From NCBI GenBank assembly GCA_964016885.1, contig OZ024742.1:270320001-270384000 (forward strand): a stretch of DNA of 64,000 nt, in the 5' to 3' direction. A model generated the notes under the pieces. That model was given only the letters and a program-made list of their open reading frames with translations. It was not told the origin of the DNA and ran no database searches. The position numbers and the translations under genes are program-made. This document shows positions 1 through 10,679 of the stretch, in pieces. The DNA is from Eledone cirrhosa. Taxonomy: Eukaryota. Numbering within the stretch: position 1 is the first letter of the stretch; each line of letters opens with the position of its first letter.

Positions 1-394
1 GTTTGTTAAATATTTTACTATAGATATGTGAGGGAGGGAAGCATTTATTTAAGGCACTAAAAAATAATTTAGGAATATTGTTATTAATAGAGATGGAGAA
101 AGGAGCATTATACCAGATTATGTTTTTGTATCTAGGTCTTTTATTAAAATTATTGGAATGATCATGATTAATTATTCTACTGTAAGTTTTTCTAGAATTT
201 GTTTCTTTACTATATTTGATTTTATCTCGATAGCCGGCTTTAGAAAGTGCGTTATTATAGTAATTGGCGCTAGCATCAAAGATGTTTTTATTAGAGGATA
301 TGTTAGATATTCTTTTTCCAATATAGCATTCTTGATATTGGTAGGATGGTTAGATTTAAAGTTAACATAATTTAGGTTCTCATTGTTTTTATGG
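1..394 (-). mobile_element. Inverted copy of the same PLE (RT thumb/linker region), continuing off the left edge
   Basis: 1-120 is the exact reverse complement of 395-514. The minus strand from 394 translates HKNNENLNYVNFKSNHPTNIKNAI/(frameshift)GKRISNISSNKNIFDASANYYNNALSKAGYRDKIKY, typical of the PLE RT C-terminus. Confidence 0.85.
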
Positions 395-1263
395 TAATCT
401 GGTATAATGCTCCTTTCTCCATCTCTATTAATAACAATATTCCTAAATTATTTTTTAGTGCCTTAAATAAATGCTTCCCTCCCTCACATATCTATAGTAA
501 AATATTTAACAAACACACCATCAAATTTTCTTATTCCACATCCTCCAATATTTCCAACATCATCTCTAAACACAACAATAAAATACTAAATACTAAATCT
601 CTTCCTTCCAACATTGAATTTCATAATAACAGTAATAGTACTCCCGACGTCATTGTAAACCCTAGGCTAACTTCTGTAAACCCAAATACAACGTCAAACA
701 CAACTTCGCTAAATGTTCATAATCCAACTCTAAATCAAGAAACTATTGTTCCTATTATTCCTATCGCAAACAACTTCTCCAATCCAATTCCTTCTATAGA
801 TAACACTAGGTCACTCATTAATAATCTCTCTAATTGCAACTGCCGCATTAAAAATAAATGTCCTCTCAACAACCATTGTCTCGATAAAAACTTAATTTAT
901 GAATGTAAATTTATGACTAGCACCAATTCCTTCACCTATTTTGGCTCCACTTCCACCTCTTTTAAAGCTCGTCTCTATAATCATCATTCATCTTTCAAAT
1001 ACAAACTTAAAAGAACCAACACTGCTCTCTCAGAACTCATATGGTCCTTAAAAGACAAAAACATTAAATATACCATCTTTTGGAAGAAGATTTTTTCTGC
1101 ATCCTCATACTCTAACAGCTCTCTATCTAAAATCTGTAATCTCTGCCTAAATGAAAAAATTACCATTATCTCTAACCTAGATTCTATAATAAATAGACGT
1201 ACAGATTTGTTTTCTATCTGCCTGCATAAATTCCATAGAACTTTTCACAAAGTATACAGTTAA
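391..1263 (+). CDS. Penelope-like element (Naiad-like) RT-EN linker plus GIY-YIG endonuclease, open 290-aa frame; 5'-truncated (no RT)
   Basis: Translation shows IIWYNAPFS..FPPSH..KIFNKHTIKFSYS linker, CNCR..CPL...C cysteine cluster, LIY...YFG (GIY-YIG) with KAR..NH, TALS..IW.LK, CNLCLNEK, IINRR..CLH; this matches the C-terminal EN of PLEs. The ATG is created by the inversion junction. Confidence 0.85.
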   Translation: MVIWYNAPFSISINNNIPKLFFSALNKCFPPSHIYSKIFNKHTIKFSYSTSSNISNIISKHNNKILNTKSLPSNIEFHNNSNSTPDVIVNPRLTSVNPNTTSNTTSLNVHNPTLNQETIVPIIPIANNFSNPIPSIDNTRSLINNLSNCNCRIKNKCPLNNHCLDKNLIYECKFMTSTNSFTYFGSTSTSFKARLYNHHSSFKYKLKRTNTALSELIWSLKDKNIKYTIFWKKIFSASSYSNSSLSKICNLCLNEKITIISNLDSIINRRTDLFSICLHKFHRTFHKVYS

Positions 1264-2485
1264 TATTCAATTCTTTATCAATTTAGAATCTTTTCTCAAA
1301 GGCACATATACATACACCTCTTTAAAATATACCCATCTTCCTACCATACTTTAAAGGGCATTATACACTCTATAATACTTGTTTACTCATTACCCTCATT
1401 CTATCTTCACCTTGTAAAATCCTTCATAACATATACATTTGTTTTTTGACGTTAGAATATTCATCCGCAATCATTATATTTTTCTCTCTATCATAAATCT
1501 TTTTAATCTCAATTTCATCCTTAATTTATTATTTTTTTTCTCCCCATCAACGAACTCATTCATAATACATATTAACTCTTTATTCGCATATATTATCAAT
1601 TCCTCCAATATACAAACTTTAACTTCACATTATTTTTCTCAAATCCTTCTACACACAAACCTTAATAATTTTTCTCTTCGTTAATTTTGAAATTGCCACA
1701 ATACTTATCAATAATACCCTTTTTTGACGTTAGAATATTCATCCACAGTTATTATTTCTTCTCTCTATCTTCATACATAAATTCCCTTCGTTAATTTTCA
1801 AATTCCTTTAATTTATACATTATCTTCCAACGGTTCTCCACCTCTCTATGTAAAACAATATATCTTTCTCTCAGTTATAAAAACTATCTCTTTCTCTCTA
1901 TCACCCATCTCTCCCTCTCCACCTTCACTCTCATCTCCTCCCCCTTTTTTCATCCTTTCCACCCCCCCTCTCTAAATAAAATACTTTTTCCTCGCACATA
2001 TCCTCCTTTCGTTAATTTTCAAATTTTTTTTAATTTATACATTATCTTCCAACGGTTTTCAACCTCTCTATGTAAAACAATATATCTCCTCTCAGTTATA
2101 AAAACTATCTCTTTCTCTCTATCACCCATCTCTCCCTCTCATCTCCTCCACTTTTTCATCCGTTCCCCCCCCCCCTCTCTAAATAAAATATTTTTCCCAA
2201 TATCGCACATCAATCTAAAACCACTTTTCATATGTTGATTTAAAACTGCACTATCCACAAGTGTTTTTTAGCCTTCATATCATGTTCTCCTGTTTTATCT
2301 GATGAAAACACAAATATTATTGCATGATGATGTTTGTTTTTGAAATGCGCATAATAAAATAGATGAAACTCCTTTAACCATCTTTTGATCTTATATTATG
2401 TATACTCCAGTCCTACAAACTGTAGAGTGCTTCTCATCCGATATCTGCATTGCTTTATTGTACTACAATAAATCTCACCTCCTAC

Positions 2486-2487
<2 letters not shown>
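1264..2487 (+). mobile_element. PLE 3' non-coding region / pseudo-LTR with internal ~220-bp tandem duplication, ending at (TA)n
   Basis: Follows the EN stop. Segments ~1787-1990 and ~2008-2190 are duplicated, and TTTTGACGTTAGAATATTCATCC is repeated near 1443 and 1722. Contains a hammerhead and ends in the (TA)n run. Confidence 0.7.
2291..2361 (+). ncRNA. Type I minimal hammerhead ribozyme (PLE pLTR)
   Basis: TGTTTTAT-CTGATGA(2299-2305)-stem II AAACACAAAT..GTTTGTTTTT-GAAA(2342-2345)-TGCGCA palindromic stem III-TA-ATAAAATA (stem I partner). Confidence 0.85.
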
Positions 2488-2554
<67 letters not shown>

Positions 2555-2590
2555 TGTCCCACTTTTGATGCCCTGGTGGCAAATAAAAGG

Positions 2591-2629
<39 letters not shown>

Positions 2630-2634
2630 CAAGT

Positions 2635-2689
2635 TTATTGCCGACAGCCGTTTCGTCCGACCACATGGTGGGACTTTTCAAGGCATATA
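2635..2689 (-). ncRNA. Identical U3:A8 hammerhead in the left inverted repeat
   Basis: Reverse complement of 4136-4190. Confidence 0.8.
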
Positions 2690-4135
2690 ACATGTGATTG
2701 TAAGATCATTATTTACATCAACGTATCACTCAAGGCTAGCAGTTTGAGATTGTGGTATACATCAGCAACTCCGCTTGTATAGTTGGGGTCTATATTCTAA
2801 GGGGGCTCTTTTATATTAGTTGTCGGGGTGAGGGATTGAAGTTTAAAAATTAGATAATATATAATTTACGCATTAACAGTAAACTAAAAGACTTGGGGTC
2901 CCGTAGAAGCACCTTAGAAAATCCCTCAGTAAGTGCATAAAGCTTACAGGCTCCAATAAACCTACTAGACTAGAAGAAATTAAGAGGCTAATAAAATAAA
3001 AAATAAAAATATAAAGTTTCCCTAAAAAATATATAAAGTTTCCTATGAAATTCTTTCTAGAGAAAAAAAAAATTTTTCCGAAAGAAAAAAACCTTCTTCC
3101 CCCGAGATCACGTTTACAAATTTCAGAAAACTTACGAAGTTTTGATATTCCCTTCTAAGTTGAAAGAAATTAATTATTTAAAGGTTAATTCAAAGAGCCT
3201 TCTATAATTCTCTCAGAAAAGGCCCCTTTAATATTTTTAATAGGAACTTCTTCCGAGTGACCCTTCGAAGAATTAAAATTTTAGAGAGCCTTTAAGGATA
3301 TATATAAAAACGAATTGAGGAAAATTATACATTAAAAGTTAAAAATTACGGTATTTGGGATATCCGAGGAATTTTCAAAGGGCTGCTTCAACAGATACAA
3401 CTTAGGCATAATAGATACAATAATTTAAGTAATTTAAGTAATTTAATTAGGGAGCAATTCAAGGAGTTTATCAAGTTGGGCAAGATTAAAGAAAGTGGTA
3501 AATAAGAAAATACATAAGCAAAAAGACAATAATTATAAAATGTATTTTTAAGAAGGTATAAGGTAGCTTCAGTAATCTAACAATGTATTATCACAAAAAA
3601 TTATTATAAAATTATTGATACAGGATTAACAAAGACATAATAATATATATTCCTGCCTAATTAAGGTATAAGGTAACTTCAGTAATCTAACAATGTATTA
3701 TCACAAAAAATTATTATAAAATTATTGATACATGATTAACAAAGACATAATAATATATATTCCTGCCTAATTAACAAGTAATCAAAACACTATTAACAGT
3801 CAGGCAAAATTAGCTCAGGGATATCCCGCGCTCGGATACTTTACACACACACAGCAACACATAGGATTAGCACAGACACAATGGTATATTCCTGCCTAAT
3901 TAACAAACAATCGATTAAAAATTGATGGTCAAGAAAATGTACTCAGGGATATCCCGCTCACGGATATTTACATACATACACCAGGATGAACAGTACTGGT
4001 GACCGTGTGGGCGCGATATCCACTATGCGTATGTAGTCATCTGCACAGCTCCAGGCATGATATCCATTATGCGATATCCATTATGCTAGCCTTGAGTGAT
4101 ACGTTGATGTAAATAATGATCTTACAATCACATGT

Positions 4136-4190
4136 TATATGCCTTGAAAAGTCCCACCATGTGGTCGGACGAAACGGCTGTCGGCAATAA
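4136..4190 (+). ncRNA. Type I hammerhead ribozyme, U3:A8 core variant
   Basis: TTAT(A)TGCC-TTGAAAA(4144-4150)-GTCC..GGAC-GAAA(4171-4174)-CGGCTG-TC-GGCAATAA; GUC cleavage triplet. Confidence 0.8.
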
Positions 4191-4341
4191 ACTTGTTATA
4201 ATGTCATAATAGTTCCTTTGTTCTTTTTCACTAATATTTCTGCTCTGCGTATACGCATAGAGCTTAACTAGCTACCGTCACATATTTGGTAGGTCAGACG
4301 TGATCATCGCGATTCACATACGACCTACCATACATCTTACT

Positions 4342-4410
<69 letters not shown>

Positions 4411-4414
<4 letters not shown>

Positions 4415-4590
4415 GCAAACATCACGGGCGCTCTATCTCAACATTATTTTTGAAAAGCATTAGAAATGCGCAACCGGTAAGACTTAAAACCAAAACTGAA
4501 TACTAACCAATACTATTACTAATTTTTACTTATTCCTAATTAAACTATTTTTCACTGGGAACAATTTGTCTCCATTTTCTTTTCCTTTTA

Positions 4591-4593
<3 letters not shown>
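4411..4593 (+). mobile_element. Short PLE pLTR fragment between (TA)n runs, with a decayed hammerhead
   Basis: TTGAAAA(4450-4456)-GCAT tagaa ATGC-GCAA (GAAA mutated)-CCGG-TA-AGAC; flanked by (TA)n on both sides. Confidence 0.5.
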
Positions 4594-4655
<62 letters not shown>

Positions 4656-4806
4656 ATAATACGGGTTGACGGACCCAGCATATTTATCAATGCCAGTACA
4701 GGTTGTATCTCAGCGCACTCAATGGGCAATGTAAGATACATTACCAGAGTATACACATAGTTATTTGCCTCAACACAACACACGTAAAACGGATGCCTAT
4801 AAGGTT

Positions 4807-4916
4807 CCCGGACTCGAGTTTCTGACGCACTAATGCAGCAGTAAGGTGCACTGCACCATATGTCTGCATATATTATGCAACAATGCACAATCGGCTTATG
4901 CGGCTTCATCAGCGGG
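4807..4916 (-). ncRNA. Type I hammerhead ribozyme with extended (~80 nt) stem II, inside a minus-strand pLTR fragment (~4652-5005)
   Basis: Minus strand: CCCG-CTGATGA-agccgcat...gtgcgtca-GAAA-CTCGAG-TC-CGGG. Stem I is CCCG/CGGG, stem III is palindromic, the triplet is GUC; two mismatches at the base of stem II. Confidence 0.75.
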
Positions 4917-5047
4917 TATCGCCTAATCAATAACCAATCGATCGACAGAATACAAACACCGGCCCATAATAAGGTACGGGCTGCGGGACTACGTATGGTC
5001 ATTTCTTTTAATCCAGCTAGTAAAATAAGTTTGATTACTTTGAATAA

Positions 5048-5161
5048 ATAATTGTTTCTACATTTGGCACAAGGCCAGCAATTACTCCAGTGTATTACTG
5101 GTAGTTTATTTTATCGACCCCGTAAGGATGAAAGGCAAAGTTAACCTCGGCGGGATTTGAA
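5048..5161 (-). mobile_element. tRNA-derived Nin-domain SINE (partial)
   Basis: Minus strand has TTCAAATCCCGCCGAGG (B-box end) followed by the GCCTTTCATCCTTACGGGGTCGATAAAATAAA Nin-like core and an AAT tail. Confidence 0.75.
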
Positions 5162-5701
5162 TAAATAATGAATGAATATTACATAATGTATGTCCTAAAT
5201 TTCGAAACTAAGTTTCGTAAACTTAAATAATGTAAAATTGAATTTTTACAAATATTCATTCACATTTCTACACTTCTGGTATATCGTCGCCACCACCACC
5301 ACTTCAACTACCATATATATATATAGAAAGAGAGAGAGAGTGTGTGATGAGAGAGATAGAGAGATTATGATTTTCTACACGCTGACGCGTAGGAGTGTGC
5401 ACATATATACATCTATATGTATGAGTATATAAGTAGTATGTGTATATAACTATAATCGCGCAAACACCAGCTTATAAAAATACACGCTCACGGACGTTCA
5501 CGCAAATACACATACATTCACACATATACATTTACAGAAACACATACATACAGTAATTATAGCAGCGTTCGGTGAATTGGAAATGGGTGGGTAAAACAAG
5601 TACAACGTTTTATTTATTCATTAACACTTTACTTATTTATTAACTCTTTTGTTTTTAAACTCATTTAATATAATGGTTACAGAACGAAAACATTAACAAA
5701 T

Positions 5702-6080
5702 ATAATTGTTTCTATTTTTGGCACAAGGCCAGCAATTATCACAGTGTATTACTGGTACTATATTTTATCAACCCCGTAAGAATGAAAGGCAAAGTTAACC
5801 TCGGTGGGATTTGAATTCAGATCGTAAGCGCCGTAACTCTATGCTGCAAAGCATGGCATCCGACTCACTACTGATACTGCCTATCCACCACCCTATAAAA
5901 TAAGTGTTTCTAATTTTGGCGCAAGGCTAGCAATTAACCAAGTGTATTACTGGTATTTTATTTATCGACCCTGTAAGGAAGAAAGACACAGTTAACTTCG
6001 ACGGGACTTGAATTCAGACCGTAAAGTGACGTAACTATGCTGGCAAGCATGGCGTTTGACCCTCTACCGATACTGCCAAT
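5702..6080 (-). mobile_element. Two head-to-tail copies of the same Nin-domain SINE
   Basis: TGTTTCTA..TTTGGC.CAAGGC.AGCAATT..CCAGTGTATTACTGGTA..CGACCC.GTAAG..GAAAG..AGTTAAC is repeated at ~5708 and ~5905. Confidence 0.75.
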
Positions 6081-6259
6081 TCAATATAATATATACAAAG
6101 GAAAGGGAAAGGAAAAAAGAAAGAGAAAAAAGACACCACAAGCACGTAATACACACATCTTAGACCACATAGAACAAAATGCAGACGAAAGAGTGGACAA
6201 ACGAGCCGCTACCAGAGCAAAGATAGCAATATAGCGTGGAGCACTGGCGAAATCTCTCT

Positions 6260-6705
6260 AATATGTTTTTAGGGAGGCAAGCACGCTAGCAGCGTTACCT
6301 GGGGTGATGGCGACGCTGAGGTACTGGAAGAACAAAGTGCCCTAACGAGCATCACCATGTGACCTCTGTTTTGGCGAGCCGCCAGTGAACATAAAAATCT
6401 CACTTTCAGTGGCCCGACACCCTCAAACGTCTTGAACGACACAGGCTCGATAATGTAGTTAGCTGACAGAACACGGTATTTTAGGATTGTGTTCCGTTCA
6501 TCTGCGGTTGGGGTAGCACTCGCCCTTACCGCTGCATCCAGAATGTGGGAAGAAGCCAGAGTCACTAACTGTGACGTCCCAGGTAAGCACCTTCCTCTTG
6601 ACCAGGAGCACAGAGTAAGAACGTCAAGTCTTTTCCCATCAATTCAGGACAACCTAGATGGTTAAAAATTGAAGGGATGTTTGCCCGAGCCAGAGCACTT
6701 CAGTG
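6260..6705 (-). mobile_element. CRE-clade non-LTR retrotransposon C-terminal restriction-like endonuclease remnant
   Basis: Minus strand WDVTV..TLASSH..A..DERNTILKYRVLSANYIIEPVSFKTFEGVGP.., then VAI..GNAASVL across frameshifts. Confidence 0.65.
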
Positions 6706-6894
6706 GTAATAGGACAGTGTGTGTATGTGCGGGCGCATGAGTTTGTCGGCGTTCTTAAATTAGAAACGCGTGTATGTGTGTCACTATTTTGAAGTTACTC
6801 ATATATATGCGTGTATCCCCTTTTTTTCATTTCACACACATGCATTCACACAAACACACATACACACTGCGTGATGGACGGGTGGACAGGAGTC

Positions 6895-7540
6895 CCTCAA
6901 ATTTATATACATGTGAATCGAGTTCCACTGAAGCAGTTAGAGAAATTCAAATATATTGGAGCGGTGTTCATGAGTGATGTAATGCAGGAGGCTGAATTAA
7001 GTGCAAGAATTGCAAAGGCGGATGAAGTAATGCACCAGCCTCAGTTTTCAGCAATCAGAAGAACGGGGTAGGTGCCAAACTTGCTGTATTCCTGGTATTC
7101 CTGCCAAATCTTACCGAGGATCATGAATCTTGAGTAATACAATTGAAAATAAAAGTGGCAGAAATGCGATTCTTCCGAAGGGACTTTGGCGTAACGTTAC
7201 TCAATAAAGTGCGTAACTCAGAGACCAGAGAGTCACTCCTTGTAGATCCGCTACTTCTCCGAAATGTGAGATCACAACTCCGATATTATGAGCATGTGGT
7301 TAGAATGTCTCAGTAAAGAATCGCTGGACACATTTTACAGGAAAAAACAACCGGCAAGAGACCAAGAGATAGACCCTGAGCAAAATACTTGGGTAGCATC
7401 TATGAGCTTGGCTGGTCACGTTTTGGGATCCAGCTGGATCAGTTTCAGACGTTTGCTACTGACAGACTGGCTAGAAGGAGTGTTTGAGAGGGACTCTGCC
7501 CCTATGAGCATCTCAGAAATAAGTGGGCGAAGAAGAAGAT
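6895..7540 (+). mobile_element. RTE-clade (Expander/Rex3-like) LINE 3' fragment, decayed
   Basis: VPLKQLEKFKYIGAVFMSD..ARIAKA, AEMRFFRR, GKRPR..P motifs; (GAA)n-like tail. Confidence 0.75.
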
Positions 7541-7804
7541 ATTGTCAATTTACTTTTCAATTTACATATATCTATATACATATATATTTGCGTATAATAC
7601 CAATATGCACACTACATAGGCTAGCAGAAAACCGCCCGCGATGGTTTTGCTGCAAGTATATATAAAGTTGTATTCCTGTCTGTTTCTTTTTTTGTTTGTT
7701 CATGAACTACTCGTATGTTTTTGGAGTAGACCTCTATAATCATATATATTCTGAAACTACATTGCCCAGGGTAATTAGATAAGTATATTTCATTTTAATC
7801 AAAA

Positions 7805-8210
7805 TGTTCCCCGGGGGTACAAAACCCACTGAAAACCCCCCCACTGAAATATTTTTCCCTTCGAATTATATGAAATTTCAACCATAGGTAAATGATAAAA
7901 TTCGATGCCTATTCACAAAAAATTTCAATAAATTTCAATAATATTAAGATACCCTAATGGGGGTTAAACTCCCTATTAGGGTTCCCCGGGGTCACTAACC
8001 ACCGCTAAACATTTTTTCCCTTCGATTCATATGAAATTTAAACCATAGGTAAATGACAAGTTTCGATGCGTATTCACAAAATTCCAGCATATTTCAATAA
8101 TATTAAGACACCCTAATGAGGGTTAATCTCCCCTTAGGGTTGCCCGGGCGCAGAAACCCCGTTGAATATATATATATATATTCAGCGGGGATTTTTGCCC
8201 CCGGGCAACC

Positions 8211-8214
<4 letters not shown>
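7805..8214. repeat. ~170-bp tandem unit (two full copies plus a partial) ending in a hairpin with a (TA)n loop
   Basis: Units at ~7806-7975 and ~7976-8133; TTAGGGTTGCCCGGG (8134) pairs with CCCGGGCAACCCTAA (ends 8214). Confidence 0.65.
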
Positions 8215-8279
<65 letters not shown>

Positions 8280-8439
8280 TAAACGGTCACTTAATTTTAT
8301 AAATATGTGGATATATAAACTACATGTTGATTTATATTTATATAGTATAAATCATGATAACTATATATTACTGAGAATAAAATAAACCATGATATCTAAT
8401 TATATTCACATACACAATATACTGATGCACGAGGCCATT

Positions 8440-8880
8440 ATCAGCCTTACGAATCACGAAGCCGAATTTGTTACTAATCCCACTTATAAACTGTTGAACC
8501 CAACAGGGACTGTTATGTGGATCCTTATCATATCTATTCTCAGAGCACTAGTTAGGACCATTTAGAAGACATCCAACCTATCCGAGTGGGAAAACATAGA
8601 CTCTGCTTTCAAGAGGTTAACATCTTCCATAACAACAAAGCTAAATTCACGTAGTTTGACAACTGGACTTCTACCCGTCAATTTCAACGATGCATAACAC
8701 TCTGGAGTGCTCTCCTACGTATACCTCCGTCTATCACTGGGATAAATAGATAATAACCAACTGCAGAAAAAACCATTCTCTTCAGTAATGGTGTAGCGCG
8801 GATATGAAAAAAAAAAATCAACCAACTCACAACTCTTCGATGTCTCAAAGAGATCATTCTAGAGCGCTGCTGTATGCGAT
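8440..8880 (+). pseudogene. Decayed PLE (Naiad-like) reverse transcriptase fragment
   Basis: NHEAEFVTNPTYKLLNP..NLSEWENIDS..FD..DFYPSIS, matching PLE RT KDHK..F..NP.CRLINP..W.N...FD...FYPSI. Confidence 0.6.
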
Positions 8881-9949
8881 CTGATAGGGTTGTTTCCATT
8901 CTGTTCAATAAGTTTGTTGTTTGTACATAGAACGTCAGTAACGCTAAAAATTGAAATATCTAATGTTCTTTGGGAGTTTTCGAATGCTCTGCCCTTCGAC
9001 ATGTTCGCAAACGACCTTTTCTCAGAAAACTGAATTGGAAAGGATAGTGGGGTACCATCGGTTTTTCCCAGCACCGAACATTTTTCAGTTCGAAATATAT
9101 ATTTTTAGAAGTGTTTTATTTTGTTCTTAGATACATCTGACACAACTAGTTCTTTCCGGAAGCTGAATCGTGGAGGGAGGAGGACCCATGGAGCTGGAGA
9201 TAACCAGCTCTCAGTATTTTACTTTTATAATAAATATCCACGGGGGATTGCAAAGGAATGTTTTTAAGTTATTTCGTGTATCTTCAACTAAACTGACTTT
9301 TGACCTGACCACACTCGTCTTATTTCTCGAAAACAGAATGGGGAGGCTTTAGTGAGTGGGCAAGTTATAAATTATGAGTGTAAATTTGTCAAAAATCATC
9401 CAAATGTCGCCATGTTTGCGCTACGATTGTATAATATGCCCAACGATGTGTGCAATTTCCAAAACGTCCGATATATAAGCCAGAGAGAGAGAGATAGAGA
9501 GAGGTGAGAGGCTCGGAGATTCCAGCCTTGGATATTTCTTCAATAAGCTCGAAATCAGGAATGGAGGAGTATCCTCACAATTATCGACTAGTACCTCTCA
9601 TACGTTTACATTTAAAGAAAATAAATCACTTTATCTGAATGATATTTTATCATTCATCATGTTGCACTGTTCTGGAAAATGTTGTATTGCAAACTTAATT
9701 AATCAAGTTTTCCTCATTTCCCACGAGGAGGTTGGTATAAATGATCAAGCCTTACCCCCAAGATACACAGGGTATACTAACAAAATATATCGACATGTTT
9801 GCCGCCGATGAGGAGACGTATCATTATATCCCTAAATTTCTCAAGTCCAGCAGCACACATCCTTCAATATATATATATATTAAATCCTGTCGATATATAT
9901 ATATATATATATATATAAATATATATATATATAGAGAGAGAGAGGGAGA

Positions 9950-10105
9950 GGTAGAACACTGGAAGGTATTATCCGTAGTGATAGAGCACTCATTCCATGA
10001 GACGAGTTTGGTTGGAGTAGAAACATAACAGTTAGTTCACCATACCGAGAACAATTGTTTCACCGTTGTTTCTCGGTATGATGAAGTAGCTGTCGTGTTT
10101 CTACT
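9950..10105. repeat. Tail-out palindrome of a PLE pLTR fragment (hairpin 10016-10105)
   Basis: AGTAGAAACATAACAGTTAGTTCACCATACCGAGAACAA pairs with TTGTTTCTCGGTATGATGAAGTAGCTGTCGTGTTTCTACT; the minus arm starts GAAA-CAATTG-TT (hammerhead 3' half). Confidence 0.65.
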
Positions 10106-10679
10106 TATAATATGTAACCCATGTGCAACCACGCAGTTTTCCTCTTTCTTCCCATGTTTTTAATACATATTTACCTCGACTGCGATTGTTTGTTTCTCTC
10201 TTTCTGCTCCCCCGTTGTCTCTGTTTCTCTCACCTTCTTTCGCCCCCTCTGTCAGTTACACTTTCTCTCGACTGACCTCTTCTTCGCACTCCCACTCACT
10301 CACTCTATGTTTCTCCCCTTCTCACTTCCTCCCGTTCGTTAGTAGTGGGATTCTTTCTTTCTCACATCTCATTCACGTCGAACGGTCTGTTTTCCACCGC
10401 TCCTGAAATTCACCCAGATTATGCTGATCGGATAACCATCATGCTGCTTGCTTTTTTCCTACCTTCGGTTTGCTTTTCCTTCTATATTGTTTACTTGTCT
10501 CACTCGCTTTACGCGATTCACTTGTCCCAATAGCTTATTTTAGTTATTGCTTGCACCAACCTGAGGTATATGCTTTTTAATGCGATGAAATGCCAATGAT
10601 GGTTGGAAAATCACTGATGAGGGACTAAATTTATAATATGTAACCCATGTGCAACCACGCAGTTTTCCTCTTTCTTCCC

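Larger units (their letters stand above)
2625..4342 (+). mobile_element. Non-autonomous PLE derivative with perfect 117-bp inverted repeats (2625-2741 / 4084-4200), decayed GIY-YIG remnant and ~140-bp 3' tail, flanked by (TA)n
   Basis: The two repeats are exact reverse complements by eye. The interior has frameshifted remnants (FPRDHVYK..F*YS; FGISEEF) resembling the PLE linker/EN, plus a ~110-bp tandem duplication at ~3555-3775. Confidence 0.75.

Noticed and set aside
391-1263. Selenocysteine recoding, reported for some Naiad PLEs
   Set aside because: No in-frame TGA; the cysteines are TGC/TGT and the ORF ends in TAA.
5048-6080. tRNA genes or a CRISPR-like repeat-spacer array
   Set aside because: The tRNA-like boxes are SINE heads without a cloverleaf; the repeats are dispersed SINE copies in eukaryotic DNA.
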